Source of the DNA: an uncultured Bacillota bacterium
GTDB taxonomy: Bacteria; Bacillota; DTU025; MWDF01
DNA: 64,000 nt
Reading direction: 5' to 3'
NCBI GenBank assembly: GCA_963823655.1
Contig: CAWGMK010000010.1
Coordinates: 352,001-416,000, forward strand
Positions 20,651-31,320 of this stretch are shown one piece after another. How positions within the stretch are numbered: the stretch's first letter is position 1; each line of letters opens with the position of its first letter. The notes beneath the pieces were generated by a model. That model made no database searches. It was given only the letters and a program-made list of their open reading frames with translations, and was not told where the DNA came from. Both the position numbers and the translations under genes were made by a program.

Positions 20651-21520
20651 ATGCAAACGGAATTAAAACTATCCTCATGGAATATAAACGGCATAAGGGC
20701 TTCTGTGAAAAAGGAGCAGGGCATACTCTCATATCTTAAGGACTTCTCCCCCGATGTGGTAGGCGTGCAGGAAGTGAAGGCAGACATGTCGCAAATACCG
20801 ACTATGCTGCTGGAATTGCCCGGCTACAAGACTTATTTCAACACCGGCGAGGTAAAGGGCTATTCAGGGGTGGGCCTTATCACGAAGAGGGAGCCGCTTA
20901 GCATACAAACTAGCATCGGCGTGCCCGAGTTCGACCGCGAGGGCAGGTTCATCGCAGCCGACTTCGGCGACTTTGTGCTCGCCAATGCATATTTCCCCAA
21001 TGGAGGGCAGTGGCCGCAACAGTGGCCCTTGGACCTCAAATGGCCGCAGTACTCGGACTGGAGGGACTGGCTGAACCATCCGGAGTGGCCCGATTGGCTC
21101 GGCAGGCTGAAGTTCAAGATGGCATTCTATGAGTGCTTCAGGCAATGGGCTAAAGGGGTTATAGGCGGGGGAAAGCATCTTGTGGTGTGCGGGGACGTCA
21201 ATACCGCACACAAGGAGATTGACCTGGCAAGGCCCAAGAACAATGAGCGCACCACGGGCTTTCTTCCCGGGGAGCGCGAATGGATATCCAAATTCCTTGA
21301 CGACGGCTTCGTGGATTCATTCAGGGCTTTCAACGAGGAGGGGGACAATTACTCCTGGTGGGACATGAAGACCAGGGCCCGCGACAGGAATGTGGGCTGG
21401 CGGCTGGATTATTTCTTCGTAGATAAGGCTTTTCTTGGCAAAGTGAAGGGCGCATCCATAGAGAAGGATGTCTTAGGTTCGGACCACTGCCCGGTGAGCA
21501 TAACGGTCAGCAGCTCATAG
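20651..21520 (+). CDS. xth: Exodeoxyribonuclease III / AP endonuclease with a Trp-rich insertion
   Basis: SWNINGIRA, QEVK, GYSGV, EGR, YFPNG, CGDVN, GWRLDY, SDHCP. Confidence 0.93.
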   Translation: MQTELKLSSWNINGIRASVKKEQGILSYLKDFSPDVVGVQEVKADMSQIPTMLLELPGYKTYFNTGEVKGYSGVGLITKREPLSIQTSIGVPEFDREGRFIAADFGDFVLANAYFPNGGQWPQQWPLDLKWPQYSDWRDWLNHPEWPDWLGRLKFKMAFYECFRQWAKGVIGGGKHLVVCGDVNTAHKEIDLARPKNNERTTGFLPGEREWISKFLDDGFVDSFRAFNEEGDNYSWWDMKTRARDRNVGWRLDYFFVDKAFLGKVKGASIEKDVLGSDHCPVSITVSSS

Positions 21521-21550
21521 CGGCATAAACAGATATTGCAGGCTGAGAAT

Positions 21551-22324
21551 CTAGATGAAGTAGATGAGCATGAGGCCCAGGATCGCGCCTATAACGGTGC
21601 CGTAGGTGCCGGAGTGGCCGATTGCAGAACTTTGCGATTCGGGGATGAGCTCGTCCGCCACGATATAGAGCATGGCACCTGCGGCAATCCCCAGAGATGC
21701 TGATACCATCGCCGGGGATATCGAGCCGAAGACCGCCCCCAGGAATGCTCCTATCGCCATGGGAAGGCCGGCGAGGGCACCAATCGAAAGCACTTTCCAG
21801 CGGCGTATCCCACAACCGGCAAGAGGCGCCCCGAGGGCTAAGCCTTCTGGCAGGTTATGAAGGGCGATGGCGATGAACAGCGTAAGGCCGAGCTGTTCGC
21901 TGTGTGCATACCCAGCTCCTATAGCCAGTCCTTCGGGCAGGTTATGGAGCGCAATGCCAAGGGCCGTTAGCACGCCGGTCTTGTACATCTTGGGATTGAC
22001 GTTGGGCTCAAGCGTTGTGAAGTGGCGGTGCGGCAGGAGCTTGTCCATAAGTGTCATGCTAAGAGCGCCTGCGAGGAACGAAATGTAGGCGAGGACCATT
22101 CCTCCCCTGCTGTCGGGGAAGGCCATGCTGCCTGCATGTACGGCTTCGGGCATAAGGTCCGCGAAGACCAGGGCTACCATGACGCCGGCTGCTATGCCGA
22201 GCATGATGCTTATGTACTTCTCGGCGCGCCTTCCTAGAAGCGTGGGCAGGAAGCTGCCGATGGCCGTGCTGACAAGCCCTGCGAAAAGGCCGATTAGAGT
22301 GACTTTAAGGATTTGCATCGCCAA
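21551..22324 (-). CDS. zupT: ZIP family divalent metal transporter
   Basis: Two IALHNLPEG motifs, AAGVM, DELIPE. Confidence 0.88.
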   Translation of the reverse strand: MAMQILKVTLIGLFAGLVSTAIGSFLPTLLGRRAEKYISIMLGIAAGVMVALVFADLMPEAVHAGSMAFPDSRGGMVLAYISFLAGALSMTLMDKLLPHRHFTTLEPNVNPKMYKTGVLTALGIALHNLPEGLAIGAGYAHSEQLGLTLFIAIALHNLPEGLALGAPLAGCGIRRWKVLSIGALAGLPMAIGAFLGAVFGSISPAMVSASLGIAAGAMLYIVADELIPESQSSAIGHSGTYGTVIGAILGLMLIYFI

Positions 22325-22430
22325 GTGCCCCTCGCTTCATTAATCGGCGCGGTATCGTGCCCTAATTAGATTATGATACATTCATAGTGGTTTCGCGGGC
22401 AATTTTGTAAAAACCTTGCGGAGGTGCGCC

Positions 22431-23207
22431 ATGTTCCTTGCAGTGGATATTGGAAACACCAATATTGTAGTGGGGCTGTTCGACGGCAGCAGGCTGGTCT
22501 CATCGTTCAGGATGGCATCCGAGAGGAACAGGACTGCGGATGAGTACGGCATACTGATGGACCAGTTCCTAAATCACAGAGGGATATTGAAAGGGCAGAT
22601 AGCCGGCGCGATAATCTCCTCGGTTGTGCCGCCTCTAAACGATGCGGTGGAGAAGGCGGTATCGCTCTATTGCGGCATAGAGGCGCCGTTGCAGCTGGGG
22701 CCTGGGGTTAAGACCGGGCTTGCCATAAAGATCGAAAACCCAAAGGAAGTCGGCGCGGACAGAGTATGCGACGCGGTGGCGGTAACCAGCCTGTACGGGG
22801 CCCCTGCCATAGTCGTGGATTTCGGGACCGCCACCACTTTCAGCGCCGTGGACTGCGACGGGGCGTTCATAGGAGGGGCGATCGCGCCGGGCGTGATGAC
22901 TGCAAGCGACGCGCTTTTCTCGAAGGCTTCAAAGCTTCCCAAGGTGGATATCTCAAGGCCTAAAAGCGTCATAGGCAAGAACACCGTAGCTGCGATGCAA
23001 TCGGGCATATTCTTCGGCACGATCGGCATGGTCGAAGAGATTGTCGGGCGGATGAAAGCAGAGATGGGCTTCGAAGGAATTAAAGTAGTCGCGACAGGGG
23101 GCCTTGCGGGGCTGGTTGCCAAGGAGACATCGGCAATAGACCTGGTGGATCCCGACATAACGCTCCAGGGGCTTAGGATAATATACGAAAGGAACGTGAG
23201 CTCGTAA
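22431..23207 (+). CDS. coaX: Type III pantothenate kinase
   Basis: VDIGNT, SSVVP, GADR, DFGTATT, ATGG. Confidence 0.95.
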   Translation: MFLAVDIGNTNIVVGLFDGSRLVSSFRMASERNRTADEYGILMDQFLNHRGILKGQIAGAIISSVVPPLNDAVEKAVSLYCGIEAPLQLGPGVKTGLAIKIENPKEVGADRVCDAVAVTSLYGAPAIVVDFGTATTFSAVDCDGAFIGGAIAPGVMTASDALFSKASKLPKVDISRPKSVIGKNTVAAMQSGIFFGTIGMVEEIVGRMKAEMGFEGIKVVATGGLAGLVAKETSAIDLVDPDITLQGLRIIYERNVSS

Positions 23208-23208
23208 A

Positions 23209-24540
23209 GTGTCAGAGAAGGAGCTTTTCGGCGCATCAAAGACAATAGAGGTTGGCGACCTTCAGGAGAGGGTTATCATAGTCGCTGTGGATTCGTCCAC
23301 CAAGCAGGATCCGGGCAAACCCGCCGCCTTCGACGAGGACGAATCGCTGGTGGAACTCACCGAGCTAATCAAGTCGGTCGACGGCACGGTAGTCGGTCAG
23401 ATGGTGCAGAAGAGGATGAGGCCCGACCCGGCATACTATATAGGAAGCGGCAAGGCGGAAGAGCTGGCGCTAATGTGCGAGGCGCTCGATGCCGACACTG
23501 TGGTGTTCGACGACGAGCTGTCGCCCGGCCAGCATGCCAAGCTTGAAGAGATCATCAAGAGAAAGATCATAGACCGCACGCAGGTGATCTTGGACATCTT
23601 CGCAAGGCGGGCGTCTACTGCAGAAGGGCAGCTTCAAGTCGAGCTCGCCCAGCTGGAGTACCTGCTTCCCAGGCTGATAGGAAGCCGCCAGGCTCTATCA
23701 AGGCTAGGAGGAGGCATCGGTACAAGGGGCCCCGGCGAGACCAAGCTCGAGACCGACAGGCGCGTCATAAGAAGAAGGATATCCGACATAAAGACCAAGA
23801 TAGAGGATGTTAAATCCAGGCGGCAGATCCAAAGGGGGAAGAGAAGGTCCAACGAGCTTCCCGTGGCATCTCTGGTAGGCTATACGAACGCCGGCAAATC
23901 GAGCATGCTGAACCTGCTTACGGGAGCCTCCGTGCTAGTTGAGGACAAGCTCTTCGCTACATTGGATCCTACCACCAGGAAGTTGATCCTGCCCAATAAA
24001 CAGGAGCTTCTGGTCACTGATACGGTCGGCTTCATAAGAAAGATCCCCCATCATCTGGTTGTCGCATTCAGGGCGACGCTGGAGGAGACGCTTGAGGCCG
24101 ATATGCTAATCCATGTGGTCGACGCCTCGAGCAGCTATGCCCAGGAGCAGTATGATGCCGTCATATCTGTGCTTACCGAGCTGAAGGCGAACGACAAGCC
24201 AATGATCACTGTGCTCAATAAGAATGACAGGCCGGAGGCCGCCGAGGGGACGAAGAAGCTAACAGGCAAAGTGCCAAACCCCGTGGCGATGTCGGCTATG
24301 ACGGGCGAGGGGCTGGAGGAGCTCCTTTCGGAAATAATGAAGGCGCTGTCATCGAGGCTTGTCAGGGTGGAAGCTTTCATGCCGTATGACGAACCTCTCC
24401 TCAGGGAAGTGGAAGCCCACGGCGAGATTATAACCAGGGACTATGTGGAAAATGGCGTTAAGCTGGTGGCAGAGGTGGAATCGATACTTGCTATGAAGAT
24501 TGCTGCCAAGTTTCCCAAAAGCAACGGGGGCAAGGCATGA
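23209..24540 (+). CDS. hflX: GTPase HflX
   Basis: GGIGTRGPGETKLE, GYTNAGKS, LFATLD, DTVGF, NKND. Confidence 0.95.
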   Translation: MSEKELFGASKTIEVGDLQERVIIVAVDSSTKQDPGKPAAFDEDESLVELTELIKSVDGTVVGQMVQKRMRPDPAYYIGSGKAEELALMCEALDADTVVFDDELSPGQHAKLEEIIKRKIIDRTQVILDIFARRASTAEGQLQVELAQLEYLLPRLIGSRQALSRLGGGIGTRGPGETKLETDRRVIRRRISDIKTKIEDVKSRRQIQRGKRRSNELPVASLVGYTNAGKSSMLNLLTGASVLVEDKLFATLDPTTRKLILPNKQELLVTDTVGFIRKIPHHLVVAFRATLEETLEADMLIHVVDASSSYAQEQYDAVISVLTELKANDKPMITVLNKNDRPEAAEGTKKLTGKVPNPVAMSAMTGEGLEELLSEIMKALSSRLVRVEAFMPYDEPLLREVEAHGEIITRDYVENGVKLVAEVESILAMKIAAKFPKSNGGKA

Positions 24541-25556
24541 GCTTCAGCATAGGCCCGATATTGATCCAGGGCGCCCCGGTAATCCTGGCGCCCATGGCAG
24601 GGGTAACTGACCTGCCGTTTCGCATAATCGCAAGGCGGATGGGCAGCGCCGTCTCCTATACCGAGATGCTCAGCGACATGGCTCTCACTTACGGCAGCAG
24701 GAAGACAAAATCCATGCTAAAGCTGGATCCGGGCGAGAAACCTGCTGTGGTTCAGCTTGCCGGCTCCAGGCCCGATGTTATGGCCAGGGCGGCCGTTATG
24801 GTGGAGGAGGCAGGGGCCTGTGCAGTCGATATAAACATGGGCTGCCCCATGCAGAAGATAACATCCAACGGAGAGGGAGCAGCGTTAATGAAGGACCCTT
24901 CCAAGGCGGAGGCGATAATCCGCTCCGTGAAGGCCGCAGTCGGGATTCCCGTCACGGTGAAGATAAGGAAGGGCTGGGACGAAGACACAGAAAACTACCT
25001 TGATTTCGCACTGATGTGCCAGGATGCCGGCGCGGACGCGCTTGCGATTCACGCAAGGACGAGGAAGCAGTTCTACTCGGGCTCGGCCGACTGGGAAGCT
25101 ATCGCCAAAGTAAAGAACAGGCTATCGATTACCGTCATCGGCAACGGGGACATCAGAGATGCCCGGGATGCGGTGCGGATGTTAAATGAGACGGGCTGCG
25201 ACGCGGTCATGATAGGTCAGGGGGCCCTGGGCAATCCCTGGATCTTCAGGGAGGCAAGGCATCTGATAGAAAGCGGAGAGCTTCTTTCACCCCCTGATAT
25301 CCAGGAGGTTTTCACGGTCGCCAGGGAACATATAGACGCGATGGTCGCCCTCTTCGGCGAAAGGTCGGCCTGCCTGAAGATGAGAAAACACCTTTCCTGG
25401 TATGTGAAGGGCATGCGTCAGGCCACGGATGCAAAAGACCGGATCAACACATGCGAGAGCCCCACTGAGATGCACGAATTTCTATCCGAGTACGAGGCAT
25501 TCCTGCTCCAGGACAGGAAACACCAGTCAGATACCCCTCACGAAAGGCTTGTTTAA
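24537..25556 (+). CDS. dusB: tRNA-dihydrouridine synthase B
   Basis: LAPMAGVTD, DINMGCP, VKIRKGW, HART, GNGDI, GNPWIF. Confidence 0.93.
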   Translation: MSFSIGPILIQGAPVILAPMAGVTDLPFRIIARRMGSAVSYTEMLSDMALTYGSRKTKSMLKLDPGEKPAVVQLAGSRPDVMARAAVMVEEAGACAVDINMGCPMQKITSNGEGAALMKDPSKAEAIIRSVKAAVGIPVTVKIRKGWDEDTENYLDFALMCQDAGADALAIHARTRKQFYSGSADWEAIAKVKNRLSITVIGNGDIRDARDAVRMLNETGCDAVMIGQGALGNPWIFREARHLIESGELLSPPDIQEVFTVAREHIDAMVALFGERSACLKMRKHLSWYVKGMRQATDAKDRINTCESPTEMHEFLSEYEAFLLQDRKHQSDTPHERLV

Positions 25557-25612
25557 GCTCGCATGAGGGTATAGAATTTCTTTGTGCACAGTAATGTACA
25601 CAAGGAGGCGGC

Positions 25613-26137
25613 ATGGAACTCATCAGAATCGGCGACAAGGTAATTGACAGGGATAAAATAAACAGGATGGTCGCCAGGGTGCTTGAGGCAAGGGCAGAGG
25701 GCCAATCGCAAGCTGAGGCCGCTTCAGGCTTAGGCCTCGACCGCTCCTTCATCTCTAGGCTCGAGGCGATAGGAGAAGTAAGGAAGGGAATGAAAATAGC
25801 CCTCATCGGCTTCCCCCTATCCAACTGCGAGGAAATCGAGAAGGTCGCAAAGGACGAAGGGCTGGACTACGTGTGGCTCATGGACGACAAGCAGAGATGG
25901 GCATACGTTAAAGAGAAGAACGGGATTTCCCTTTTAAACGACCTTATGAGGATAATCGCGCACCTGAAGGACTTCGACGCGCTGATCATGATCGGCTCCG
26001 ATATGAGGGTGAAAGTCGCGGAAGCATTTATGGGCAGCAGGGTATACGGGATAGAGCTCGGCAGCTCCCCGATAAAAGGCGATGTGAGGCTGGATCCTGA
26101 CAAGCTCAAGGGGATAATCGCGGGCATAAAGGGCTAG
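25613..26137 (+). CDS. HTH-containing putative transcriptional regulator
   Basis: RIGDK..., SQAEAASGLGLDRSFISRLE (Xre-like HTH), GEVRKG. Confidence 0.8.
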   Translation: MELIRIGDKVIDRDKINRMVARVLEARAEGQSQAEAASGLGLDRSFISRLEAIGEVRKGMKIALIGFPLSNCEEIEKVAKDEGLDYVWLMDDKQRWAYVKEKNGISLLNDLMRIIAHLKDFDALIMIGSDMRVKVAEAFMGSRVYGIELGSSPIKGDVRLDPDKLKGIIAGIKG

Positions 26138-26167
26138 AAAGCCCGGAATGGATTGGGGGCGTCTTCA

Positions 26168-27076
26168 ATGAAACACATCGTAAGCGTAAGCCTTGGATCC
26201 TCAACCAGGGACCATAAGGGCAGCATGATGGTATTCGGAGAGGAATATGTGCTCGAAAGGCGCGGCACGGACGGCGACATCGACAAGGCCGTGGCGCTTT
26301 TAGGAGAGCTTGACGGAAAAGTGGATGCGTTCGGCATGGGCGGCATCGACATTTATCTTGCGGGCATGGGAAAGAAGCTAATCTTCAGGGATGCCAAGAG
26401 GATAGCCGCAGCAGCCAAGATAACGCCTTTGCTGGACGGAACGAGCATGAAGTCGGGCATCGAGCACAGGGCAGTGAAGTTTGCGGCCGAACAGGCAGGC
26501 CTTCCGATAAAGGGCAAGAAGGTTTTCCTCGTTTCCACGATCGACAGGCTGGGTATGGGAGAGGCCTTCGAGGAGATGGGCTGCGATATGGTTTACGGGG
26601 ACGCGATGTACGCGCTCGGGCTCAACTGGAGGCTTACATCAATCAAACAGGTGAAAAGGATCGCCGCTATATTAGGCCCGATACTGGTGCAGCTGCCCTT
26701 CAAATGGCTTTATCCCATCGGCAAGGCGCAAGAAGACAAGCCCAAGCAGAAGAAATGGCAGCAGTACTACTCATGGGCGGACATCATCGCCGGCGACTTC
26801 ATATACATTAACAAGTACCTGCCCGAGGACATAAGCGGGAAGATCGTCATAACCAATACGGTCACCAAGCAGGATGTAGAGGAATTGAAACGGCGCGGGG
26901 CGGCAGCACTGGTAACGACGACTCCTGAGGTCGACGGCAGGTCGTTCGGCACGAATGTGATGGAGGCAATGCTAACGGTGGCCATAGGAAAGAAACCCTC
27001 GGACATCAAAGAGGGCGAGTACATGGCCATGCTGGACAAATTGGGCGTACAACCCAGGGTAGTAATTTTCAAGTAG
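26168..27076 (+). CDS. Conserved protein, often auto-annotated 'quinate 5-dehydrogenase'; function unproven
   Basis: VSVSLGSS, RRGTDGD, DAFGMGG, TNT, GRSFGTNVMEA. Confidence 0.75.
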   Translation: MKHIVSVSLGSSTRDHKGSMMVFGEEYVLERRGTDGDIDKAVALLGELDGKVDAFGMGGIDIYLAGMGKKLIFRDAKRIAAAAKITPLLDGTSMKSGIEHRAVKFAAEQAGLPIKGKKVFLVSTIDRLGMGEAFEEMGCDMVYGDAMYALGLNWRLTSIKQVKRIAAILGPILVQLPFKWLYPIGKAQEDKPKQKKWQQYYSWADIIAGDFIYINKYLPEDISGKIVITNTVTKQDVEELKRRGAAALVTTTPEVDGRSFGTNVMEAMLTVAIGKKPSDIKEGEYMAMLDKLGVQPRVVIFK

Positions 27077-27088
27077 GAATATTACATC

Positions 27089-27184
27089 TTGACATGAGGG
27101 TCATACATCTTCATAATTTTCCTCGTATCGCGCGGCAACTTGGGTTCAAATCCAGCTTGCCGCACATATTTTACTTCTTTTTTG
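27089..27184 (+). promoter_or_regulatory. greA promoter with leader hairpin and U-rich tract
   Basis: TTGACA-17 bp-CATAAT (27089-27117); hairpin 27132-27163; T-rich 27169-27184. Confidence 0.6.
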
Positions 27185-27201
27185 GTTAAGGGGAATGAAA
27201 A

Positions 27202-27678
27202 ATGGCAGAGAGAGAAGTCTTCCTTACTATCGACGGGCTTAGGAGAATAGAGAAAGAGCTCGATTTCCTGAAGGGCGAAAAACGCTTGATGATATCCGAG
27301 AGGATCAAGCAGGCCAGGGAATTCGGCGACATCACCGAGAACTCTGAATACGATGATGCCAAAAACGAGCAAGCCGAGGTTGAGCAGCGGATTTCCCTCA
27401 TAGAGGCAATGCTTGTCAAGGTCAAGATCATCGATGAGGTCGACCAGGATACGAACATCGTATCGCTGGGAAGCACCGTCGTACTCAAGGACATGGAGTG
27501 CGACGAAGTCGAGAAATATACCATAGTCGGTTCGGCCGAGGCCAACCCTATGGAAAACAGGATTTCCAATGAGTCACCCGTTGGCAGGGCCATAGTGGGC
27601 AAGCTCGTCGGATCCGTGGTAGAAGTGGCAGCACCTATGGGAAGCATCAAGTACCAGATCGTGGAGATCTGCGTTTAA
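27202..27678 (+). CDS. greA: Transcription elongation factor GreA
   Basis: [27 protein letters not shown]. Confidence 0.96.
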   Translation: MAEREVFLTIDGLRRIEKELDFLKGEKRLMISERIKQAREFGDITENSEYDDAKNEQAEVEQRISLIEAMLVKVKIIDEVDQDTNIVSLGSTVVLKDMECDEVEKYTIVGSAEANPMENRISNESPVGRAIVGKLVGSVVEVAAPMGSIKYQIVEICV

Positions 27679-27695
27679 CTAAGCGAGGTATCATC

Positions 27696-29198
27696 ATGGA
27701 CGAACTCAGGACCGGTATAGTCGAGCCTGTGGAGGGCGAACCCATCGACGAGGGCGAAGAGATATCAAGGCGCAAGAAGGTTGCCGAAAAATGGTCTGCC
27801 ATAGGGCTTGAGCCCTTCGGCGGCAAGTTCGGGCGCGACACTTCGGCGCTTGATGTGCTTGAGAAATTCGCCGAGCTCGAAGGCAAGGAAGTCAAGCTCG
27901 CCGGCAGGATCATGGCCATCAGAAGCCACGGCAAGGCATCCTTCGCGGACCTCAGGGACCAATCGGGCAAGGTCCAGCTCTATTTCAAGCAGGATCTTCT
28001 TGGAGATGAAGCATACGAGAGGTTCATGCTCATCGACCTGGGCGATATAATCGGCGCGACCGGCAAGGTTTTCAAGACCAGGCGCGGCGAGATCAGCGTG
28101 GAGATAATGTCATTTGTCATGCTTACGAAGGCATTGAGGCCGCTTCCCGACAAATGGGGAGGGCTCAAGGACGTCGACGCCCGCTACCGCCAGCGCTATG
28201 TGGATATGATTGCAAACCCCGAAGTCAGGAAGACATTCCTCACCAGGAGCGCAATCGTGGCCAGCATAAGGCGTTTCATGGACGGCAGGGGATTCGTCGA
28301 GGTCGAGACCCCGTCGATGCATGCCATAGCCGGAGGCGCCCACGCAAAGCCGTTCATTACGCACCACAACGCGCTGGACCTGGATCTTTATCTGAGGATC
28401 GCCACCGAGCTTCATCTGAAGAGGCTGCTTGTGGGCGGCATGGAGCGCGTCTACGAGATGGGGCGCATCTTCAGGAATGAGGGCATATCCACGAAGCACA
28501 ACCCGGAGTTCACATCGATAGAGCTATACCAGGCCTATGCAGATTACTACGACATGATGGAGCTTACGGAAAGCCTCGTGGCGAATGCGGCATTAGAAGC
28601 GCTCGGGACGACCAAGATTAAGTACCAGGGCGTCGACATCGACCTGACGCCACCCTGGCCGAGGAAGACAATGGCGGCCCTTGTAAAAGAGCATACGCCC
28701 GAGGACATCGCCTCTATGGATGATGCTGAAGCGAGAAGGGCCATTGCAAGGCTCGGGCTTGAGATCGCGCCCCACGCAAGCATGGGGCAGTGCCTGAACA
28801 TGGCCTATGACGAGATTGTGGAGCCTAAGCTAGTGCAGCCCACAATAGTCATGGATTACCCGATAGAAGTATCGCCACTTGCAAAAAGGCGCGAGGATGA
28901 TCCACGCTTCACCTACAGGTTCGAGGCCGTCTGCGTCGGCAGGGAGCTGGCGAACGCATTCTCCGAGCTCAACGACCCCATAGACCAGAGGGGAAGGTTC
29001 GAATCCCAGATGGGCGAGAGGGAGAAGGGCGACGAAGAGGCCAATATGATGGACGAAGACTTCGTCAACGCGCTCGAATACGGCATGCCGCCCGCAGGAG
29101 GCATGGGCATGGGAATCGACAGGCTAGTGATGCTTCTGACCGACTCAGCTTCGATCAGGGACGTCATCCTGTTCCCTACGATGAGGCCCAAAGCCTGA
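27696..29198 (+). CDS. lysS: Lysine--tRNA ligase (class II)
   Basis: [45 protein letters not shown]. Confidence 0.97.
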   Translation: MDELRTGIVEPVEGEPIDEGEEISRRKKVAEKWSAIGLEPFGGKFGRDTSALDVLEKFAELEGKEVKLAGRIMAIRSHGKASFADLRDQSGKVQLYFKQDLLGDEAYERFMLIDLGDIIGATGKVFKTRRGEISVEIMSFVMLTKALRPLPDKWGGLKDVDARYRQRYVDMIANPEVRKTFLTRSAIVASIRRFMDGRGFVEVETPSMHAIAGGAHAKPFITHHNALDLDLYLRIATELHLKRLLVGGMERVYEMGRIFRNEGISTKHNPEFTSIELYQAYADYYDMMELTESLVANAALEALGTTKIKYQGVDIDLTPPWPRKTMAALVKEHTPEDIASMDDAEARRAIARLGLEIAPHASMGQCLNMAYDEIVEPKLVQPTIVMDYPIEVSPLAKRREDDPRFTYRFEAVCVGRELANAFSELNDPIDQRGRFESQMGEREKGDEEANMMDEDFVNALEYGMPPAGGMGMGIDRLVMLLTDSASIRDVILFPTMRPKA

Positions 29199-29253
29199 TT
29201 GCACCGAAGCGGCGGCGCATGATATATTACCTATTGCGTCAATTAGCTAGCAC

Positions 29254-29329
<76 letters not shown>

Positions 29330-29501
29330 AGTTACCGGGACCGGCCCACGGCCGGCCCCGGCTGTTTATTTTCAAAGGAATTGCGGGCACTTCATGTGTT
29401 TTATCAAAGCTGTCCACATATAAGTACACAGCTTTCAATTGAAGATAGGGCTCAGATTCGTTAGAATCTATTGTGGAAGAATAATCGAGGAGGTTTTTGA
29501 A

Positions 29502-29669
29502 ATGCCACATTTTATCGCCAATGAGTGCATAGGCTGCGGAAGCTGCATGGCGGAGTGCCCGACGGCAGCAATTACCGAAGGTACCCCTTATGTGATAGAC
29601 CCCGACCTTTGCATCGATTGCGGCGCCTGTGCTGTTGTATGCCCAGTATCTTGCATCAGCCAGAAGTAG
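29502..29669 (+). CDS. 2[4Fe-4S] clostridial-type ferredoxin
   Basis: [12 protein letters not shown] and [12 protein letters not shown]; RBS GAGGAGG. Confidence 0.93.
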   Translation: MPHFIANECIGCGSCMAECPTAAITEGTPYVIDPDLCIDCGACAVVCPVSCISQK

Positions 29670-29782
29670 CGCAAAAAAGGCAAGGACCTTCGGCTCCCCG
29701 GCCAGCCGGGGAGCTTACGTACGCAGCTGTCCTGCCAGGACATGCATATAAGCTATAAGACCAGGATGAGGATGTGATTTTC

Positions 29783-30673
29783 ATGAGCGATACAAGGCAG
29801 GGGACATGGAAAGTCAAGGTAAGCTTCATACAGATGCTAAAAGGCGGAGTCATCATGGACGTGGTGAACGCCGAACAGGCCAGAATAGCTGAAGAGGCGG
29901 GTGCCGTCGCGGTAATGGCGCTTGAGCGCGTGCCGGCGGACATAAGGGCCACCGGCGGTGTCGCGAGGATGTCCGACCCCAAGATGATAATGGAGATTAA
30001 AGAGGCCGTAACCATACCCGTCATGGCGAAGGCAAGGATTGGCCATTTCGTCGAGGCCCAGGTGCTCGAGGCGATCGGCGTGGACTGCATAGACGAGAGC
30101 GAAGTGCTCACACCGGCCGATGACAAGTACCACATAAACAAGCACGACTTCAAGATCCCGTTCGTCTGCGGCTGCAGGAACCTGGGCGAGGCGCTAAGGC
30201 GCATCGGCGAGGGCGCAGCCATGATGAGGACCAAGGGCGAGGCGGGCACTGGCGATGTCATAGAGGCGGTAAAGCACATGCGCCAGGTCAGCGAGGACAT
30301 AGCAAGGCTGCAGTACTCACCGAAAGAGACCCTGATGACCGCCGCTAAAGAGCTTGGCGCGCCTTATGAGCTGGTGCTCCAGGTCGCGGAAGCCGGAAAG
30401 CTTCCCGTAATCAACTTCGCCGCCGGCGGCATAGCCACGCCGGCAGATGCCGCTTTGATGATGCAGCTGGGCTGCGACGGCGTCTTCGTAGGATCTGGCA
30501 TCTTCAAGTCGGACAATCCGGCCCTCAGGGCCAAGGCCATTGTAGAAGCGGTTGCGCACTTCAATGAGCCTGCGATAATCGCCGAAGTCTCCAAGGGATT
30601 GGGCGAGCCCATGAGGGGGATCAGCGTATCCAGCATGCGCGAAGAGGATAAGGTACAGGGCAGGGGCTGGTAG
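29783..30673 (+). CDS. pdxS: Pyridoxal 5'-phosphate synthase, lyase subunit
   Basis: [40 protein letters not shown]. Confidence 0.97.
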   Translation: MSDTRQGTWKVKVSFIQMLKGGVIMDVVNAEQARIAEEAGAVAVMALERVPADIRATGGVARMSDPKMIMEIKEAVTIPVMAKARIGHFVEAQVLEAIGVDCIDESEVLTPADDKYHINKHDFKIPFVCGCRNLGEALRRIGEGAAMMRTKGEAGTGDVIEAVKHMRQVSEDIARLQYSPKETLMTAAKELGAPYELVLQVAEAGKLPVINFAAGGIATPADAALMMQLGCDGVFVGSGIFKSDNPALRAKAIVEAVAHFNEPAIIAEVSKGLGEPMRGISVSSMREEDKVQGRGW

Positions 30674-30705
30674 GTTTTGGCACGACTGCACCGGAGGGAA
30701 AAGAT

Positions 30706-31302
30706 TTGTTGAAGATCGGCGTACTTTCCTACCAGGGCGATGTATCTGAACATATGGACATGGTGAGGGCGGCCGGTTGCGAGCCCGTCGCGGTGAAAGA
30801 CGAGAGATCCCTCGCTTCGGTGGGGGGGCTGGTTCTTCCTGGAGGGGAGAGCACCTGCCAGGGGAAGCTTTTGAAGCGCTTCGGCCTCGACGCGCCCATA
30901 ATAGAGCGGATAAAAGCGGGGATGCCGGTTTTCGGCACCTGCACAGGAGCGATATTACTAGCCCGTGAGATAGACGGCAGCTGCCAGCCAAGGCTGGGTA
31001 CCATGGGCATAAGCATAGCCAGGAACGCCTTCGGCTCTCAGGTTGACAGCTTCGAGACGGAAATCGAAATCGATGGCATCACAGACAATGTCAAGTACGG
31101 CTACGGCCCTTTCAAGGCCCTTTTCATCAGGGGCCCCGTAATAAGCGGGGCGGATGCTGATGTAAAAGTGCTCGCCAAATTCGAAGGAAGGATCGTGCTC
31201 GCAAGGCAGAGGAATATGCTTGCCTGCTCCTTCCACCCCGAGATGGGGGACGATTTGCGCATTCACCGTTATTTCGCCGACATGGTAGAGGAATACTCAT
31301 AG
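30706..31302 (+). CDS. pdxT: PLP synthase, glutaminase subunit
   Basis: QGD, PGGEST, GTCTG, RNAFGSQ, FHPE. Confidence 0.95.
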   Translation: MLKIGVLSYQGDVSEHMDMVRAAGCEPVAVKDERSLASVGGLVLPGGESTCQGKLLKRFGLDAPIIERIKAGMPVFGTCTGAILLAREIDGSCQPRLGTMGISIARNAFGSQVDSFETEIEIDGITDNVKYGYGPFKALFIRGPVISGADADVKVLAKFEGRIVLARQRNMLACSFHPEMGDDLRIHRYFADMVEEYS

Positions 31303-31320
31303 AAAGTTAGGGGTGGGAAG

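Noticed and set aside
29410-29480. DnaA boxes or replication origin
   Set aside because: Only two sites with two mismatches each, and no dnaA context.
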